Made by a program: the position numbers and the translations under genes. The notes under the pieces were generated by a model that saw nothing but the letters and a program-made list of their open reading frames with translations, did not search any database and was not told where the DNA came from. Positions 1 to 10,060 of a stretch of DNA of 64,000 nt are shown here, in pieces. The stretch spans positions 2,266 to 66,265 of the forward strand of contig JAQXAY010000148.1 of assembly GCA_029252685.1 (NCBI GenBank), written 5' to 3'. The stretch's first letter is position 1, and each line of letters begins with the position of its first letter. Origin of the DNA: Saprospiraceae bacterium (GTDB lineage: Bacteria; Bacteroidota; Bacteroidia; Chitinophagales; Saprospiraceae).

Positions 1-864
1 TTTATCTAAAAACTTAAAACATTGTGCTGTTTGAATATAATGATATACACTTGGTTCAAAATGTTCAATTATTAGGATAAGTTCTTGAAGCGCAAAATCA
101 AAATTATTATTCTCTAAGAATAACTCTAGTTTTTCTTCTATTGCCGGGAAATATTTTTCACAGGAAACATAGGCAAAGTCAAATGCTTCTAAAGCCTCTT
201 GGTACTCTCCTCTTAGCTTGTATATTTTGCCTTTACAAAACCAAAATTGATAGGCAAATGGATTTATATTCAAAACTTGATCAATGAAATTTTCGTATTC
301 CGCAAGTTTATTCTCTTTGATAATTATTCTGCTAAGTTGGGCTTGTGAAAGTTGATTTTCCGACCAAGTAAGAATAGACTGTTTAAAATATTCTTCTGCA
401 CGAAAAGGATTGGAGGCTTTCTGGGCAAGCAGACCTTTGTAGTAAAGAATTGTGCTTTCTTGTTCTTCAGACGCGAATTCAATTTTGTCCAACAGACGAT
501 CTGCTTCTTCAACCTTATTCATATGATAGAATATTTCTACCTCTAGAACAGATGTATCAAATGGTTTTAAAATGTCAGACGCAAAACGCTGGAGAAATAA
601 ATAGGCAGATTCATAATCCTGCTCATAAATATGATTCTGAATCTTTTTATCGATTAGATCTACATTTTCTGGAAACTTAGCCAGAGCAGTATTTATTACG
701 ATATCAGCGGTTGAAAATGAGTTGTAATTCCAGTTGATTTCTATCAGTTCGATATACTCCTCTAGACAAAGGAGATCGAGGAAGTGCAGATCGGTAAGTT
801 CACAACCTTGAAGAAGGTTATATATGAACATAAGATTCTTATTATCAGAATGTCTTAGCTTCAT
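1..864 (-). CDS. Helical/TPR-like repeat protein, partial (3' end outside window)
   Basis: ATG at 862-864 on the minus strand. I checked every in-frame triplet down to nt 1 and found no stop (288 codons). It is absent from the ORF track because its stop lies outside the window. The translation (MKLRHSDNKNLMFIYNLLQG...GEYQEALEAFDFAYV...) is helix-rich with TPR-like spacing. The track ORFs at 324-680 lie inside it and look spurious. Confidence 0.45.
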   Translation of the reverse strand, partial: MKLRHSDNKNLMFIYNLLQGCELTDLHFLDLLCLEEYIELIEINWNYNSFSTADIVINTALAKFPENVDLIDKKIQNHIYEQDYESAYLFLQRFASDILKPFDTSVLEVEIFYHMNKVEEADRLLDKIEFASEEQESTILYYKGLLAQKASNPFRAEEYFKQSILTWSENQLSQAQLSRIIIKENKLAEYENFIDQVLNINPFAYQFWFCKGKIYKLRGEYQEALEAFDFAYVSCEKYFPAIEEKLELFLENNNFDFALQELILIIEHFEPSVYHYIQTAQCFKFLDK

Positions 865-1148
865 GAAAAGGGGTTTTGAGAAACAGCTTAAATTCGGTTA
901 ATTAAAGTTTTAATTAATACAATGAGTTTAGGGTTTTTTTAAACTTTAATTTTGCCAATTTCATATTTATGCAATTTAATTTACATAAAAAACATCAATT
1001 TGGTGTGTCTGTTAAAATATAATTTTATTGTTCAATTGTATTTTAAAATTAAAAATTGAAATTATTTTTTTGGTCGTAAGAGCCAATTTGTTGGTTGCTA
1101 GGTTTGTATATATATGTATTATATTAAAACAACTTATTTGATGCTCAG

Positions 1149-2066
1149 CTAGTGATTATTCTTTTTGTAAAAAGCACTTATGTATAGTCCAATACCGATA
1201 AGTAATCCAGAATAGATGGTTACTTTTTCAAGCTTAAAGCCGGAAAATAGAATAGCGATTAAGGTAGCGATTAAAGGCTGTAAGTAAATGTAGGCGGATA
1301 CAACGGACGGATTCACAATAGTTAATGCTTTGGCATTCAGGAGGTAATTCAGAAAAGTAGTACCGAATATTACAAATGCAATAGAAAGCCAGATGTTGGG
1401 CGGAAAGCTACTTGGGTCTATTTCCAAGAACTCTTTTATTCCAAAAGGACTCACATAAAAAAAGCCAAAGAGAAAAACCCACTTCACAATAGTAGTAGGA
1501 TTGTACTTCTGCATTAATTTTTTTACTAACACTAAATAGATAGCATAAGAACTGGCATTGATAAGTATTAGCAAGTCACCCCAAATGCTAGTTTGATTTG
1601 TTGGATTGTTATTAGTGCCCAGTATCAAGAAGCTTGCCCCTGCAGCTCCTATTATAATTCCAATAACTTTTTGAAGAGTTATCTTCTCCTTTATGTATAA
1701 AGAAGATGCAATCAGCACCAGAATAGGTGTAGTTAGCATAATCAATGAAGCATTTACTGGGCTGGTCAATTTTAAACCATTGAAAAAGCATAATTGGTTA
1801 ATGGCAACACCAAATAAGCCACAAAGTGCGATAAGACCTAGGTCCTTTTTTTCTACTTTCTCATTTACAAAAAACTTGTGAAAAAGGAAGAATAATATAG
1901 CACCGCTAGATACTCTCAAAAATATAAATCCATTAGGTCCAATGTATCCATCGCTGAGTACACTTTTAGCAATTGTATAGTTGGCACCATATATAAGGGC
2001 AACGATAAAAAGATAAACATGAGCTGTGATTAATGACTTTTTCACGTGTTTAATTTTGGTTTCCAA
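1149..2066 (-). CDS. EamA/DMT-family membrane transporter
   Basis: 305 aa, about 10 hydrophobic helices arranged as two similar halves, the typical drug/metabolite transporter (EamA) architecture. Confidence 0.8.
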   Translation of the reverse strand: METKIKHVKKSLITAHVYLFIVALIYGANYTIAKSVLSDGYIGPNGFIFLRVSSGAILFFLFHKFFVNEKVEKKDLGLIALCGLFGVAINQLCFFNGLKLTSPVNASLIMLTTPILVLIASSLYIKEKITLQKVIGIIIGAAGASFLILGTNNNPTNQTSIWGDLLILINASSYAIYLVLVKKLMQKYNPTTIVKWVFLFGFFYVSPFGIKEFLEIDPSSFPPNIWLSIAFVIFGTTFLNYLLNAKALTIVNPSVVSAYIYLQPLIATLIAILFSGFKLEKVTIYSGLLIGIGLYISAFYKKNNH

Positions 2067-2192
2067 AAGTACTTTAAATACTTTGTTTAATTTTAGTAAA
2101 TGGTCAATTATATAAATTAATTCGATTGTAAGAATCTGAATGATATAGGATATATTTGCATGTGTTTTTAATTAATTTTTAAAGAATAAGTA

Positions 2193-3122
2193 ATGAGATA
2201 TTTAGGTCTTAGCGTTTTATTTTTTGTTTTTTTTGCTACTGTATCAAGTGGACAAGAGACTACAGCTGATACTTCTCTTGTGGAGAAAACATCTGACTGG
2301 AAATTAGGTGGTGGTATAGGATTTGATTTTGCACAATTATTACAAGTTAATCCTAAGCCTGGTGCTGGTAACAATAGAATTGGACTTGGTGGTTTGAGTA
2401 ATTGGTTTGCGAACTACAATCGAGACAATATTAGTTGGGAAAATAATATAAGTCTTCAGCTTTCAGCTCAGAAAGTGGGGCTTGCAGATACACTATTTAT
2501 TAAAAACTTGGATGTTTTTCGTTTCAATTCAAAGTTTGGATTTAAAGGGAAGAATGAAAAACTATTTGTGGCTGCAGAATTACAGACTCAAACGCTTTTA
2601 TTGAATACTTATGAGGGCAATGTTTTGAGGAATAGAAGCGGAGAAAAAAATCTGATTGCAAAATTCCTATCCCCTGTTACGGCCAGCTTTTCTCCAGGTA
2701 TCGATTATAAGCCTAATGCGAATTTATCACTCTTCTATTCGCCCATTTCGTATAAACTGATTTATGTAAATGATCCTTCTGTGGCTGCATTGAATATCCA
2801 TGGGAATTTGGAAGGTGAACAGTCCTTGAGACAAATGGGATCAAATCTAAAAATTGTTTATTCAAATAAGTTCTTTGAAGAAAAAATGAATATCAATACA
2901 TCGCTTGATCTGTTCTCTAACTATTTAGAGCGTCCGCAGAATTTAGATGTTTTGTGGAAAACGGATATCAACATTCAATTGATCAAGAATGTTTCATTGA
3001 ATTTAGTAACTGAATTGTTTTATGATGACAACATCAGCGTGATTCTTGATAGCACAGGTGAACCAGGAGTTGCATTAAGTTTCACAGAAGCCTTGTTGAT
3101 TAAGTACAATATCATATTTTAG
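2193..3122 (+). CDS. Putative outer-membrane beta-barrel protein (DUF3078-like)
   Basis: 309 aa with a signal peptide (FFVFFATVSSGQE), alternating beta-strand pattern, a WKLGGGIGFDF...GLGG motif and a C-terminal aromatic residue (YNIIF). The family call is from memory only. Confidence 0.5.
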   Translation: MRYLGLSVLFFVFFATVSSGQETTADTSLVEKTSDWKLGGGIGFDFAQLLQVNPKPGAGNNRIGLGGLSNWFANYNRDNISWENNISLQLSAQKVGLADTLFIKNLDVFRFNSKFGFKGKNEKLFVAAELQTQTLLLNTYEGNVLRNRSGEKNLIAKFLSPVTASFSPGIDYKPNANLSLFYSPISYKLIYVNDPSVAALNIHGNLEGEQSLRQMGSNLKIVYSNKFFEEKMNINTSLDLFSNYLERPQNLDVLWKTDINIQLIKNVSLNLVTELFYDDNISVILDSTGEPGVALSFTEALLIKYNIIF

Positions 3123-3149
3123 TGCTAATAACTTATCAAGTACAGTCCT

Positions 3150-5930
3150 ATGTCTGAAAAAAAACTCTTTTTACTCGATGGCCATGCTTTGGTATACCGT
3201 GCACATTATGCATTTATATCTAGACCACTGATCAATTCAAAGGGATTGAACACCTCTGCAATAATGGGGTTTACCAATGTCCTAAGAGATCTTATAAAAA
3301 AGGAAAACCCTACGCACTTAGCTGTAAGCTTTGATCTTAGCGGTCCAACTTTTAGAAATGAGATCTTTGAAGCTTACAAAGCTAATAGGGAATCTCAACC
3401 TGAAGAGATCACAGCTGCTTTCCCATATATTCATGAAGTGATCAAAGGTTTTAAAATACCTATAATTACCTGTAAGGGTTATGAGGCAGATGATGTTATT
3501 GGGACGCTTGCGAAACGAGCTGAAAAGGAAGGGTTTAAGGTTTATATGATGACCCCAGATAAGGACTATGCTCAATTAGTGTCTCCAAATATCTTTATGT
3601 ACAAACCTGCAAGAAGTGGTAATGATGCGGAAGTTTTAGGTGTGGAAGAGATCCTTGAAAATTGGGGTATAGAGCGAGTTGAACAAGTAATAGATATTCT
3701 AGGACTTCAAGGAGATGCTGTGGATAATATTCCTGGTATACCTGGAATAGGACCCAAAACAGCTCAAAAATTACTTGCAGCTTACGGCTCCTTAGAAGGT
3801 TTACTCGAAAATGTTGACCAACTAAAGGGTAAGCAAAAGGAAAAAGTAATAGAATTTGCTGATCAAGGCCGTTTGTCTAAGGTCTTGGCTACAATTGATA
3901 CGGAAGTGCCTGTTGAGATCAATTTTGAGGACACACTTATCGAAGAACCAGATAGACCTGCTCTAGGTAAATTATTTCAGCAATTAGAGTTCAGACGATT
4001 AAGTGCTCAGATGTTGGGTGAACCAGAAGACAATGATCAGCAATTAGGTGGTTTGTTTGGAGGACCTGCTGTAAGTGCAAGTCAGGCTGATAAACCTGCT
4101 GTCGAAAAACTGTTTAAGGATATAGACTCCATAGAGCATGATTACATAAAGGTTGATGGGCTTGCTGAGATGAAAAAATTAGCAGCTGATTTATTAGACC
4201 AAAAGATTATCTGCTTTGATACGGAGACTACCAGTATAAATGCTAATGATGCGGAGCTGGTCGGTATAGCTTTTGCCTATGAAAAAGGAAAGGCTTATTA
4301 TGTACCAGTACCTTCAGATCCTAAGGAGTCAGCAGCGATTGTTGATATTTTTAGACCAGTTCTAGAACATTCAGGTATAGCAAAGACTGCACATAATTAT
4401 AAATACGATGCGATTGTTATGAAGCGCCATGGTGTTGCTTTAAGAGGTCCAGTTAGAGATACGCTTATAGCGCACTATCTACTAAATCCAGACCTTAGGC
4501 ATAAGATGGATTACCTCGCTGAGACGATTTTAAACTATAAGCCAATTCCAATAGAGAAGCTTATTGGTAAAGGAAAGAATCAACTAAGCATGCGTGATAT
4601 ATCTATTGATAAGGTGGTTCCTTATGCTTCGGAGGATGCAGATATAACACTCCAATTAGATGATATACTTTTCACAGATCTGGAGAAGGATGGTCTTGAT
4701 AAATTATATAAAGATATGGAAGAACCGCTTATAGAGGTTCTTGTACAAATGGAATATAATGGTGTTAATATAGATACAGAAGTCTTAGGGCTTCAATCAA
4801 AAGCCATTGAGGATGAATTGATTAATCTGGAGAAGGATCTGTATGTAGATGCAGGATCTCCTTTTAATATTCTATCCCCTAAACAAGTAGGTGAAATCCT
4901 TTTTGATCGATTGAAGATCCCTTATCGTTGGAAGTTGAGTTCGAAATCAAAACAATATTCGACGAGTGAGGATAAGTTAAAGGAACTAGAAAAAGAGCAT
5001 CCTATAGTTGGAAAGATTCTAAGATTCAGAGGGCTTTCAAAACTAAAATCAACCTATTTAGATGCTCTTCCTAAGCTTGTAAGTAAAAAAACTGGCTTGA
5101 TTCATTCATCGTTTAATCAAGCTTTAACAACAACGGGAAGATTGAGTTCTAACAATCCAAATCTTCAGAATATTCCGATCAGAACAACGGAGGGAGCAAG
5201 GGTTCGTGAAGCATTTGTTCCAAGAGAAAGTGGACATGTAATACTTGCTGCCGATTATTCTCAAATAGAGCTGAGGTTGATTGCGGAGATATCAAAAGAC
5301 GAAGGAATGCTTGATGCATTTATAAATGGTCAGGATATCCACAGTGCTACAGCTGCAAAGGTATTTGGGGTAGCTTATGATCAGGTAACCAAAGAGCAAC
5401 GTTATCGGGCAAAGACGGTTAATTTTAGTATAACTTATGGTGCTGGAGCAACAAATCTTGCTGGGCAATTGGATATACCGAGGTCTGAAGCTAAAAAGAT
5501 CATTGAAAGTTACTATGAACAATATCCAGGGCTGAAGTCATATATGACGGACATTGTTGAGTCTGCTAGGGCCAATGGATATGTGGAGACCCTAATGGGA
5601 AGAAGAAGATATCTTCGTAATATAAATTCTGGAAATGCCTTTGTTCGATCAGGAGAAGAAAGAAACGCAATCAATTCGCCGATTCAAGGTTCTGCTGCTG
5701 ATATGATCAAGCTAGCAATGATAAAAATTCATAGAGCTCTGATAGATGGGGAATTTAAAACCAAGATGATTATGCAGGTGCACGATGAACTTGTATTCGA
5801 TGTGCCTCAAAGTGAATTAGAGCAAGTAAGCTCAATCATCGAGGATTGTATGAAAAATGCTATGCCAGGGCTTAAGGTGCCAATATTAGTAGGAATGGAT
5901 CATGGCGCGAATTGGTTGGAGGCTCATTAA
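3150..5930 (+). CDS. polA: DNA polymerase I
   Basis: 926 aa. Has the 5'-nuclease N-terminus (LFLLDGHALVYRAHYA), 3'-5' exo motif (CFDTETTS), pol motif A (DYSQIELR), motif B (RYRAKTVNFSITYG) and motif C (QVHDELVF). Confidence 0.97.
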   Translation: MSEKKLFLLDGHALVYRAHYAFISRPLINSKGLNTSAIMGFTNVLRDLIKKENPTHLAVSFDLSGPTFRNEIFEAYKANRESQPEEITAAFPYIHEVIKGFKIPIITCKGYEADDVIGTLAKRAEKEGFKVYMMTPDKDYAQLVSPNIFMYKPARSGNDAEVLGVEEILENWGIERVEQVIDILGLQGDAVDNIPGIPGIGPKTAQKLLAAYGSLEGLLENVDQLKGKQKEKVIEFADQGRLSKVLATIDTEVPVEINFEDTLIEEPDRPALGKLFQQLEFRRLSAQMLGEPEDNDQQLGGLFGGPAVSASQADKPAVEKLFKDIDSIEHDYIKVDGLAEMKKLAADLLDQKIICFDTETTSINANDAELVGIAFAYEKGKAYYVPVPSDPKESAAIVDIFRPVLEHSGIAKTAHNYKYDAIVMKRHGVALRGPVRDTLIAHYLLNPDLRHKMDYLAETILNYKPIPIEKLIGKGKNQLSMRDISIDKVVPYASEDADITLQLDDILFTDLEKDGLDKLYKDMEEPLIEVLVQMEYNGVNIDTEVLGLQSKAIEDELINLEKDLYVDAGSPFNILSPKQVGEILFDRLKIPYRWKLSSKSKQYSTSEDKLKELEKEHPIVGKILRFRGLSKLKSTYLDALPKLVSKKTGLIHSSFNQALTTTGRLSSNNPNLQNIPIRTTEGARVREAFVPRESGHVILAADYSQIELRLIAEISKDEGMLDAFINGQDIHSATAAKVFGVAYDQVTKEQRYRAKTVNFSITYGAGATNLAGQLDIPRSEAKKIIESYYEQYPGLKSYMTDIVESARANGYVETLMGRRRYLRNINSGNAFVRSGEERNAINSPIQGSAADMIKLAMIKIHRALIDGEFKTKMIMQVHDELVFDVPQSELEQVSSIIEDCMKNAMPGLKVPILVGMDHGANWLEAH

Positions 5931-6145
5931 TCTTTTAAGGGATCAATGCGTTGAATATTTTTTATAACTAGTTGATTTGACTTGCTTTTGATTTGAAAAC
6001 TGATTCTATCTCCTTTTTTCAATTTCAAGTGCTCAATCTTCTGACCGGTTATATGATATTCTTCCAAACTATTTTCCTTTCGGACATAGCCATAATTTTT
6101 TTCAGGTATAAAAAACCGAATTATTCCTGTTTGAATTGTTGCCAT
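5927..6145 (-). CDS. Small cold-shock-domain-like (OB-fold) protein
   Basis: The track ORF (5927-6253) was trimmed to the internal ATG at 6143-6145 ([24 protein letters not shown]...), which removes the overlap with the lpxD start. The pattern G-I-I-R-F-F...YGYV...GDRISFQI resembles a CSD. Its stop overlaps the polA stop. Confidence 0.5.
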   Translation of the reverse strand: MATIQTGIIRFFIPEKNYGYVRKENSLEEYHITGQKIEHLKLKKGDRISFQIKSKSNQLVIKNIQRIDPLKD

Positions 6146-6182
6146 TTTAATAAATTTAGACCCTGCTAAATTAAGTATAAGA

Positions 6183-7115
6183 ATGAAATTTAAGCAAAAA
6201 TATTCTGTTGAAACGATCGCGAAAATGATCGGAGCGGAAATCAAGGGTCGCAAAGACCTTAATATAACTGGAATGAATGAGATTCACAAAGTGGTAAAGG
6301 GAGACCTTACTTTTGTGGACAATTATAAATATTTTCAGCACTCTCTGGAGTCATCTGCTTCTGTAATTATAATTAATGAAGAGGTAAAATGTCCAAGAGG
6401 TAAGGCACTTTTAATTGTGCGTTCTCCATTTAATGCCTACAATAAATTAGCAAAGAAATTTAGTCCGAAAAGAGTACTAACTAAAGAGCATGACGATTCA
6501 GCTCTAATAGATCCTTCTGTAGTCATGGAGCCCAATGTTGTGATTGGTAATAATGTCACAATTGGAAGAGACGTTTATATCCAAGGTAATTGCTATATAG
6601 GTAACGATACTGTTATCGGTGATCATGTTGAAATACATGCAGGGACGTCTATTGGAACGGATGCATTTTATTTTCATAAGAAAAGTAAAAAGTATACAAA
6701 ATGGCATTCTATAGGTCGTGTAGTTATCGAAGATAATGTTGTTATTGGCGCCAACTGCACCATCAATAAAGGTGTTTCTGGAGATACAATTATTGGAGAG
6801 GGGACTAAGATGGATTCACAGGTTCATATTGGCCATGGTGTAGAAATTGGTAAGCATTGTCTGATTGCCGGTCAGGTCGGTATAGGTGGTAAGACCATTC
6901 TAGAAGATCATGTTATTCTTTTTGGACAAGTAGGGGTTGCTCAAAATCTCAGGATTGGGCGTGCTGCTATCATTGCTGCAAAAAGTGGCGTTTCAAAGGA
7001 TCTTGCTGGTGGATTGACCTATTTTGGATCACCAGCGGCTGAGATAAAGACCAAACATAGGGAATTAGCAGCTTTAAGGCATTTGCCTGAGTTCTATAAA
7101 GAATATTACAAATAA
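6183..7115 (+). CDS. lpxD: UDP-3-O-acylglucosamine N-acyltransferase
   Basis: 310 aa. The N-terminal LpxD-type domain is followed by a long run of hexapeptide (left-handed beta-helix) repeats ([31 protein letters not shown]...). Confidence 0.9.
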   Translation: MKFKQKYSVETIAKMIGAEIKGRKDLNITGMNEIHKVVKGDLTFVDNYKYFQHSLESSASVIIINEEVKCPRGKALLIVRSPFNAYNKLAKKFSPKRVLTKEHDDSALIDPSVVMEPNVVIGNNVTIGRDVYIQGNCYIGNDTVIGDHVEIHAGTSIGTDAFYFHKKSKKYTKWHSIGRVVIEDNVVIGANCTINKGVSGDTIIGEGTKMDSQVHIGHGVEIGKHCLIAGQVGIGGKTILEDHVILFGQVGVAQNLRIGRAAIIAAKSGVSKDLAGGLTYFGSPAAEIKTKHRELAALRHLPEFYKEYYK

Positions 7116-7147
7116 AAAAATCCCGACTTCCAAGTCGGGATTTTTTT
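7114..7147. terminator. Bidirectional intrinsic terminator between lpxD and the thioredoxin-fold gene
   Basis: A7 run, perfect 8-bp stem tcccgact/agtcggga (7121-7140) with a 4-nt loop, then a T7 run. It fills exactly the space between the two convergent stop codons. Confidence 0.8.
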
Positions 7148-7703
7148 ATTTTTTCCATTTGATATTGCATCCTCCTGAAGGATATTGAAGCTTTGGTGCT
7201 TCATTGCCTGCCAACATATTGTCAATGGCATCCCTGAGGTCTTTACCAGTAAGTGGCGTTTCGCTTTTTGGTCTTGATTCGTCCAACCTTCCTCTGTAAT
7301 AGAGCTTTCCGTCTGCATCAAATAAGTAAAAATCTGGTGTGCATGCTGCATCATAAGATTTAGCTACGCGCTGGTCAGCATCATATAAGTAAGGGAAAGG
7401 ATATTTCTCAGTTTCAGCGTGAATCTTCATTTTTTCAGGAGAGTCGTCTGGGTAGTTTTCAACATCATTGGATGAGATACCAACTGATCCTATGCCCTTG
7501 GTTGCATAATCATTACAAAGATTTACCAACTCCTCATTTACATGGATTACATAAGGGCAATGGTTACAAAGAAAGATGATTATGGTGCCGTTTGGCCCTT
7601 TAACATCAGAAAGGCTTATATCTTTTCCAGAAACCGTGTCTGGAAGTGTGAAGTCTGGGGCTTGAGTTCCCAGCTCTATCATATTTGATTCTGTAAATGC
7701 CAT
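7146..7703 (-). CDS. Thioredoxin-fold thiol peroxidase/redoxin family protein
   Basis: 185 aa, AhpC/TSA-redoxin-like layout with an FLCNHCPYV active-site region. Confidence 0.75.
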   Translation of the reverse strand: MAFTESNMIELGTQAPDFTLPDTVSGKDISLSDVKGPNGTIIIFLCNHCPYVIHVNEELVNLCNDYATKGIGSVGISSNDVENYPDDSPEKMKIHAETEKYPFPYLYDADQRVAKSYDAACTPDFYLFDADGKLYYRGRLDESRPKSETPLTGKDLRDAIDNMLAGNEAPKLQYPSGGCNIKWKK

Positions 7704-7705
7704 AG

Positions 7706-8512
7706 TTAATTACAATTCGGATTTATACCTAAAATATACTTGTTAATAACATCAATGGAGTCAGTAGTGTTGTCTCCATCAAATCCTTTTATGTCTTTAT
7801 TGTTCATTTGCGTTTGAGCAAAATTGGTAAGTTTTGATGCAACTGGCAAGTAAGACCAATGCCATTTTTCGAGATTATAACCATAGGGTCTTTCGGCCCC
7901 TTTTTCACTGTATACTTGGCAAAAGCCGAAAGATCTAGCATTTGCCTGTAGCCATTCATATTCTTTGAGCCCTTTTCCGGATTCAAAATAGTCATTCTCT
8001 AAATTGTTAAGATCAATATCTGTGCCCCAGTGATGTCTTGATGTGCCCGGCATAGAGCTGTATTCAAGTATTTTAAGTGCTCTTTGTTTGAAACCCGGAT
8101 GTGACTTGGTAAGGTCTTTCCCGGACACTTTTGTTACCCCTGTCCACTTTCTTTCCCAAATTCCTTTCTGATAGTAAAAGGGGCGAGTTGCTGAGATGAT
8201 ATTGAACGTAATGCCTACCTCCTCAGCGGATTTTGCCATTTCCTTAAACGCCTCATAGGCATCTGTTCGCATGTATATGGCATCTTTCTTTGTAAATTCA
8301 GCATCTATCTTTGAAAAGCTTTTATGAGTAGCAGGATCGAATTTTCCCATAAGATAATCCTTACTAAGATAGCTTTCTCTAATGGTATCTTTGACTACTG
8401 CTTTTACAGAAACAGTTTGTTCCACCATTTTTTCATCTTGCCCCTGTTCATTAGAACGACAAGCTATCAGCAGGATAATAATTGTTAACAAAGAACCGAT
8501 TCTAATCATCAT
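7706..8512 (-). CDS. M15-family D-Ala-D-Ala carboxypeptidase-like peptidoglycan hydrolase (lipoprotein)
   Basis: 268 aa with signal/lipobox (LLIAC). The SRHHWGTDIDLN motif (His/Asp zinc ligands) and a later HWSY motif are typical of VanY/M15B peptidases. Confidence 0.75.
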   Translation of the reverse strand: MMIRIGSLLTIIILLIACRSNEQGQDEKMVEQTVSVKAVVKDTIRESYLSKDYLMGKFDPATHKSFSKIDAEFTKKDAIYMRTDAYEAFKEMAKSAEEVGITFNIISATRPFYYQKGIWERKWTGVTKVSGKDLTKSHPGFKQRALKILEYSSMPGTSRHHWGTDIDLNNLENDYFESGKGLKEYEWLQANARSFGFCQVYSEKGAERPYGYNLEKWHWSYLPVASKLTNFAQTQMNNKDIKGFDGDNTTDSIDVINKYILGINPNCN

Positions 8513-8649
8513 ATTGGTGGTTAATATTTGAATTCAATGCGTTTTATAGGATATCCAAATAATTTATCTCTCTTAATTAGGTCAGCCACTTTTTGAGGAA
8601 CTTCATCTTCCCAGCCAGCTTCATCATTCTTGATTTTTTTTTTTTCTTT

Positions 8650-9948
8650 TCAAGAGAATATATGCAGGATTTCTTTATTATAATTTTGAATATCAACAAT
8701 CTGTCTGACATCCTTAAGGTATTTAAGCAGGAAGTTGATCTCATCAGGAACCGGCATATTGTCTGAGTTCATTATATCAGAGCTACCTTCTTGGAATGCA
8801 GGGTAAACGTAGAATGATGCATTCCTTTTAAAGAGTTTACCGAATGTTTCCAGATGATTTCTAGACTTTGCAGTTTCATATTTCTGATGAACAATATTTA
8901 TTAAATCTCGAACACCAACCACAATACCAACATGTTCTACTTTGAAATCTCTGAGATATCTGATGAGTTCAGTTTGATCTTCTAATTGAGTCAGAACAAC
9001 CGTTTGATTTAATTCTGCTAGTAGATCTGCACGTTCTATAAAATCTGCCTCGTCAATTTCATCAAGTTCTGTTGCTCGATTGAGATTTTCTAGGGTTATT
9101 TCTGCAAGTTGAATGAGTTTTTCAGGATTTTCAATGTCATCTCTGAATTGCTCTGTTCCACTTTGAATCATGTCCCAATTGACGTGTGTAATTGGTCGGA
9201 AACTTCCTCTTACCAATAAGGGATTAGTTTTGTAAAGAAATTCAGATCCGTGTATAGGAGCTTTATCCTTACCAAACATCGTGACCTTACATATTTTATT
9301 TCTGATCAGGTAAAGAGCGAGCAATCTATTGTCAAGTTCTGTGAAATCTGGTCCCGTCAGTCGCACCATGTCAACTTCGACACGACCATGCAGGCCATCT
9401 ATTAGAGATTGTAACATGGTCTCTGGTTCCTTGTAATATTTATAGCAAGCGTAGATCATATTAACCCCCAGGATACCTATAGCTTGTTGTTGAAGCGTAT
9501 TGTCTTTGTCTTTCATTTTTACATGCAAGACAAAGTCGTTGGGTTCAGAACTTGGGTCGAGTTGAAAACGCACACCCATCCAGCCATTCCCTTTTATGGT
9601 ACGGGTATAATTGACAGCTGCTACAGAATTTGCAAAGACAAAAAATCGGGTATCTGGCCTGTTTTGTTTTAGTCTGTCTGACATGAGGACATATTCGTGA
9701 TCCAGCATTTTGTATAACCGGGGTTCACAAACATAGCGACCACTTTTTTCGAGACCATAGATTTTATCTGAATCAATCTTGTCATAAGCTGACATGGTTT
9801 TCGCTATAGTACCTGCAGCAGCGCCTACCTGAAAAAAGTGCCTGGCTACTTCTTGACCTGCTCCTATCTCCGCAAAGGTTCCGTAGATGGAGTTGTTCAA
9901 GTTGATTTCCAATGCCTTTTGGTCTGTTTCGAGAAGTTGTCGACTCAT
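8650..9948 (-). CDS. Conserved cytoplasmic protein of unknown function
   Basis: 432-aa ORF with no signal peptide and an N-terminal GTFAEIGAGQEVARHFF motif. I cannot assign a family. The stop is a TGA followed by an in-frame open extension (see findings). Confidence 0.6.
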   Translation of the reverse strand: MSRQLLETDQKALEINLNNSIYGTFAEIGAGQEVARHFFQVGAAAGTIAKTMSAYDKIDSDKIYGLEKSGRYVCEPRLYKMLDHEYVLMSDRLKQNRPDTRFFVFANSVAAVNYTRTIKGNGWMGVRFQLDPSSEPNDFVLHVKMKDKDNTLQQQAIGILGVNMIYACYKYYKEPETMLQSLIDGLHGRVEVDMVRLTGPDFTELDNRLLALYLIRNKICKVTMFGKDKAPIHGSEFLYKTNPLLVRGSFRPITHVNWDMIQSGTEQFRDDIENPEKLIQLAEITLENLNRATELDEIDEADFIERADLLAELNQTVVLTQLEDQTELIRYLRDFKVEHVGIVVGVRDLINIVHQKYETAKSRNHLETFGKLFKRNASFYVYPAFQEGSSDIMNSDNMPVPDEINFLLKYLKDVRQIVDIQNYNKEILHIFS

Positions 9949-10060
9949 TAGTATAGTATTGTTTCAACGATTTATCGTAAAATTAATATTTTAAGAACGA
10001 AGTTTTACCTATTGCTGTTCCTTTTAAGCAATCTGTAAGGCACTAAAAAATAATATTTTG

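Noticed and set aside
898-917. AT-only palindrome ttaattaaa-gt-tttaattaa about 35 nt upstream of the TPR-like gene
   Set aside because: It is low-complexity A/T sequence in an AT-rich intergenic region. Such palindromes arise easily by chance, and I have no evidence for an operator.
5927-6253. Full 108-aa version of the track ORF overlapping the lpxD start
   Set aside because: The N-terminal 36 residues are hydrophobic junk overlapping the lpxD start by 71 nt. The internal ATG at 6145 gives a compact CSD-like protein with no overlap.
8610-8652. Selenocysteine insertion at the in-frame TGA
   Set aside because: There is no convincing SECIS-like hairpin in the 40 nt downstream, only a weak 4-bp GGAA/TTCC pairing. 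The context is an A-rich homopolymer and there is no redox motif around the TGA.
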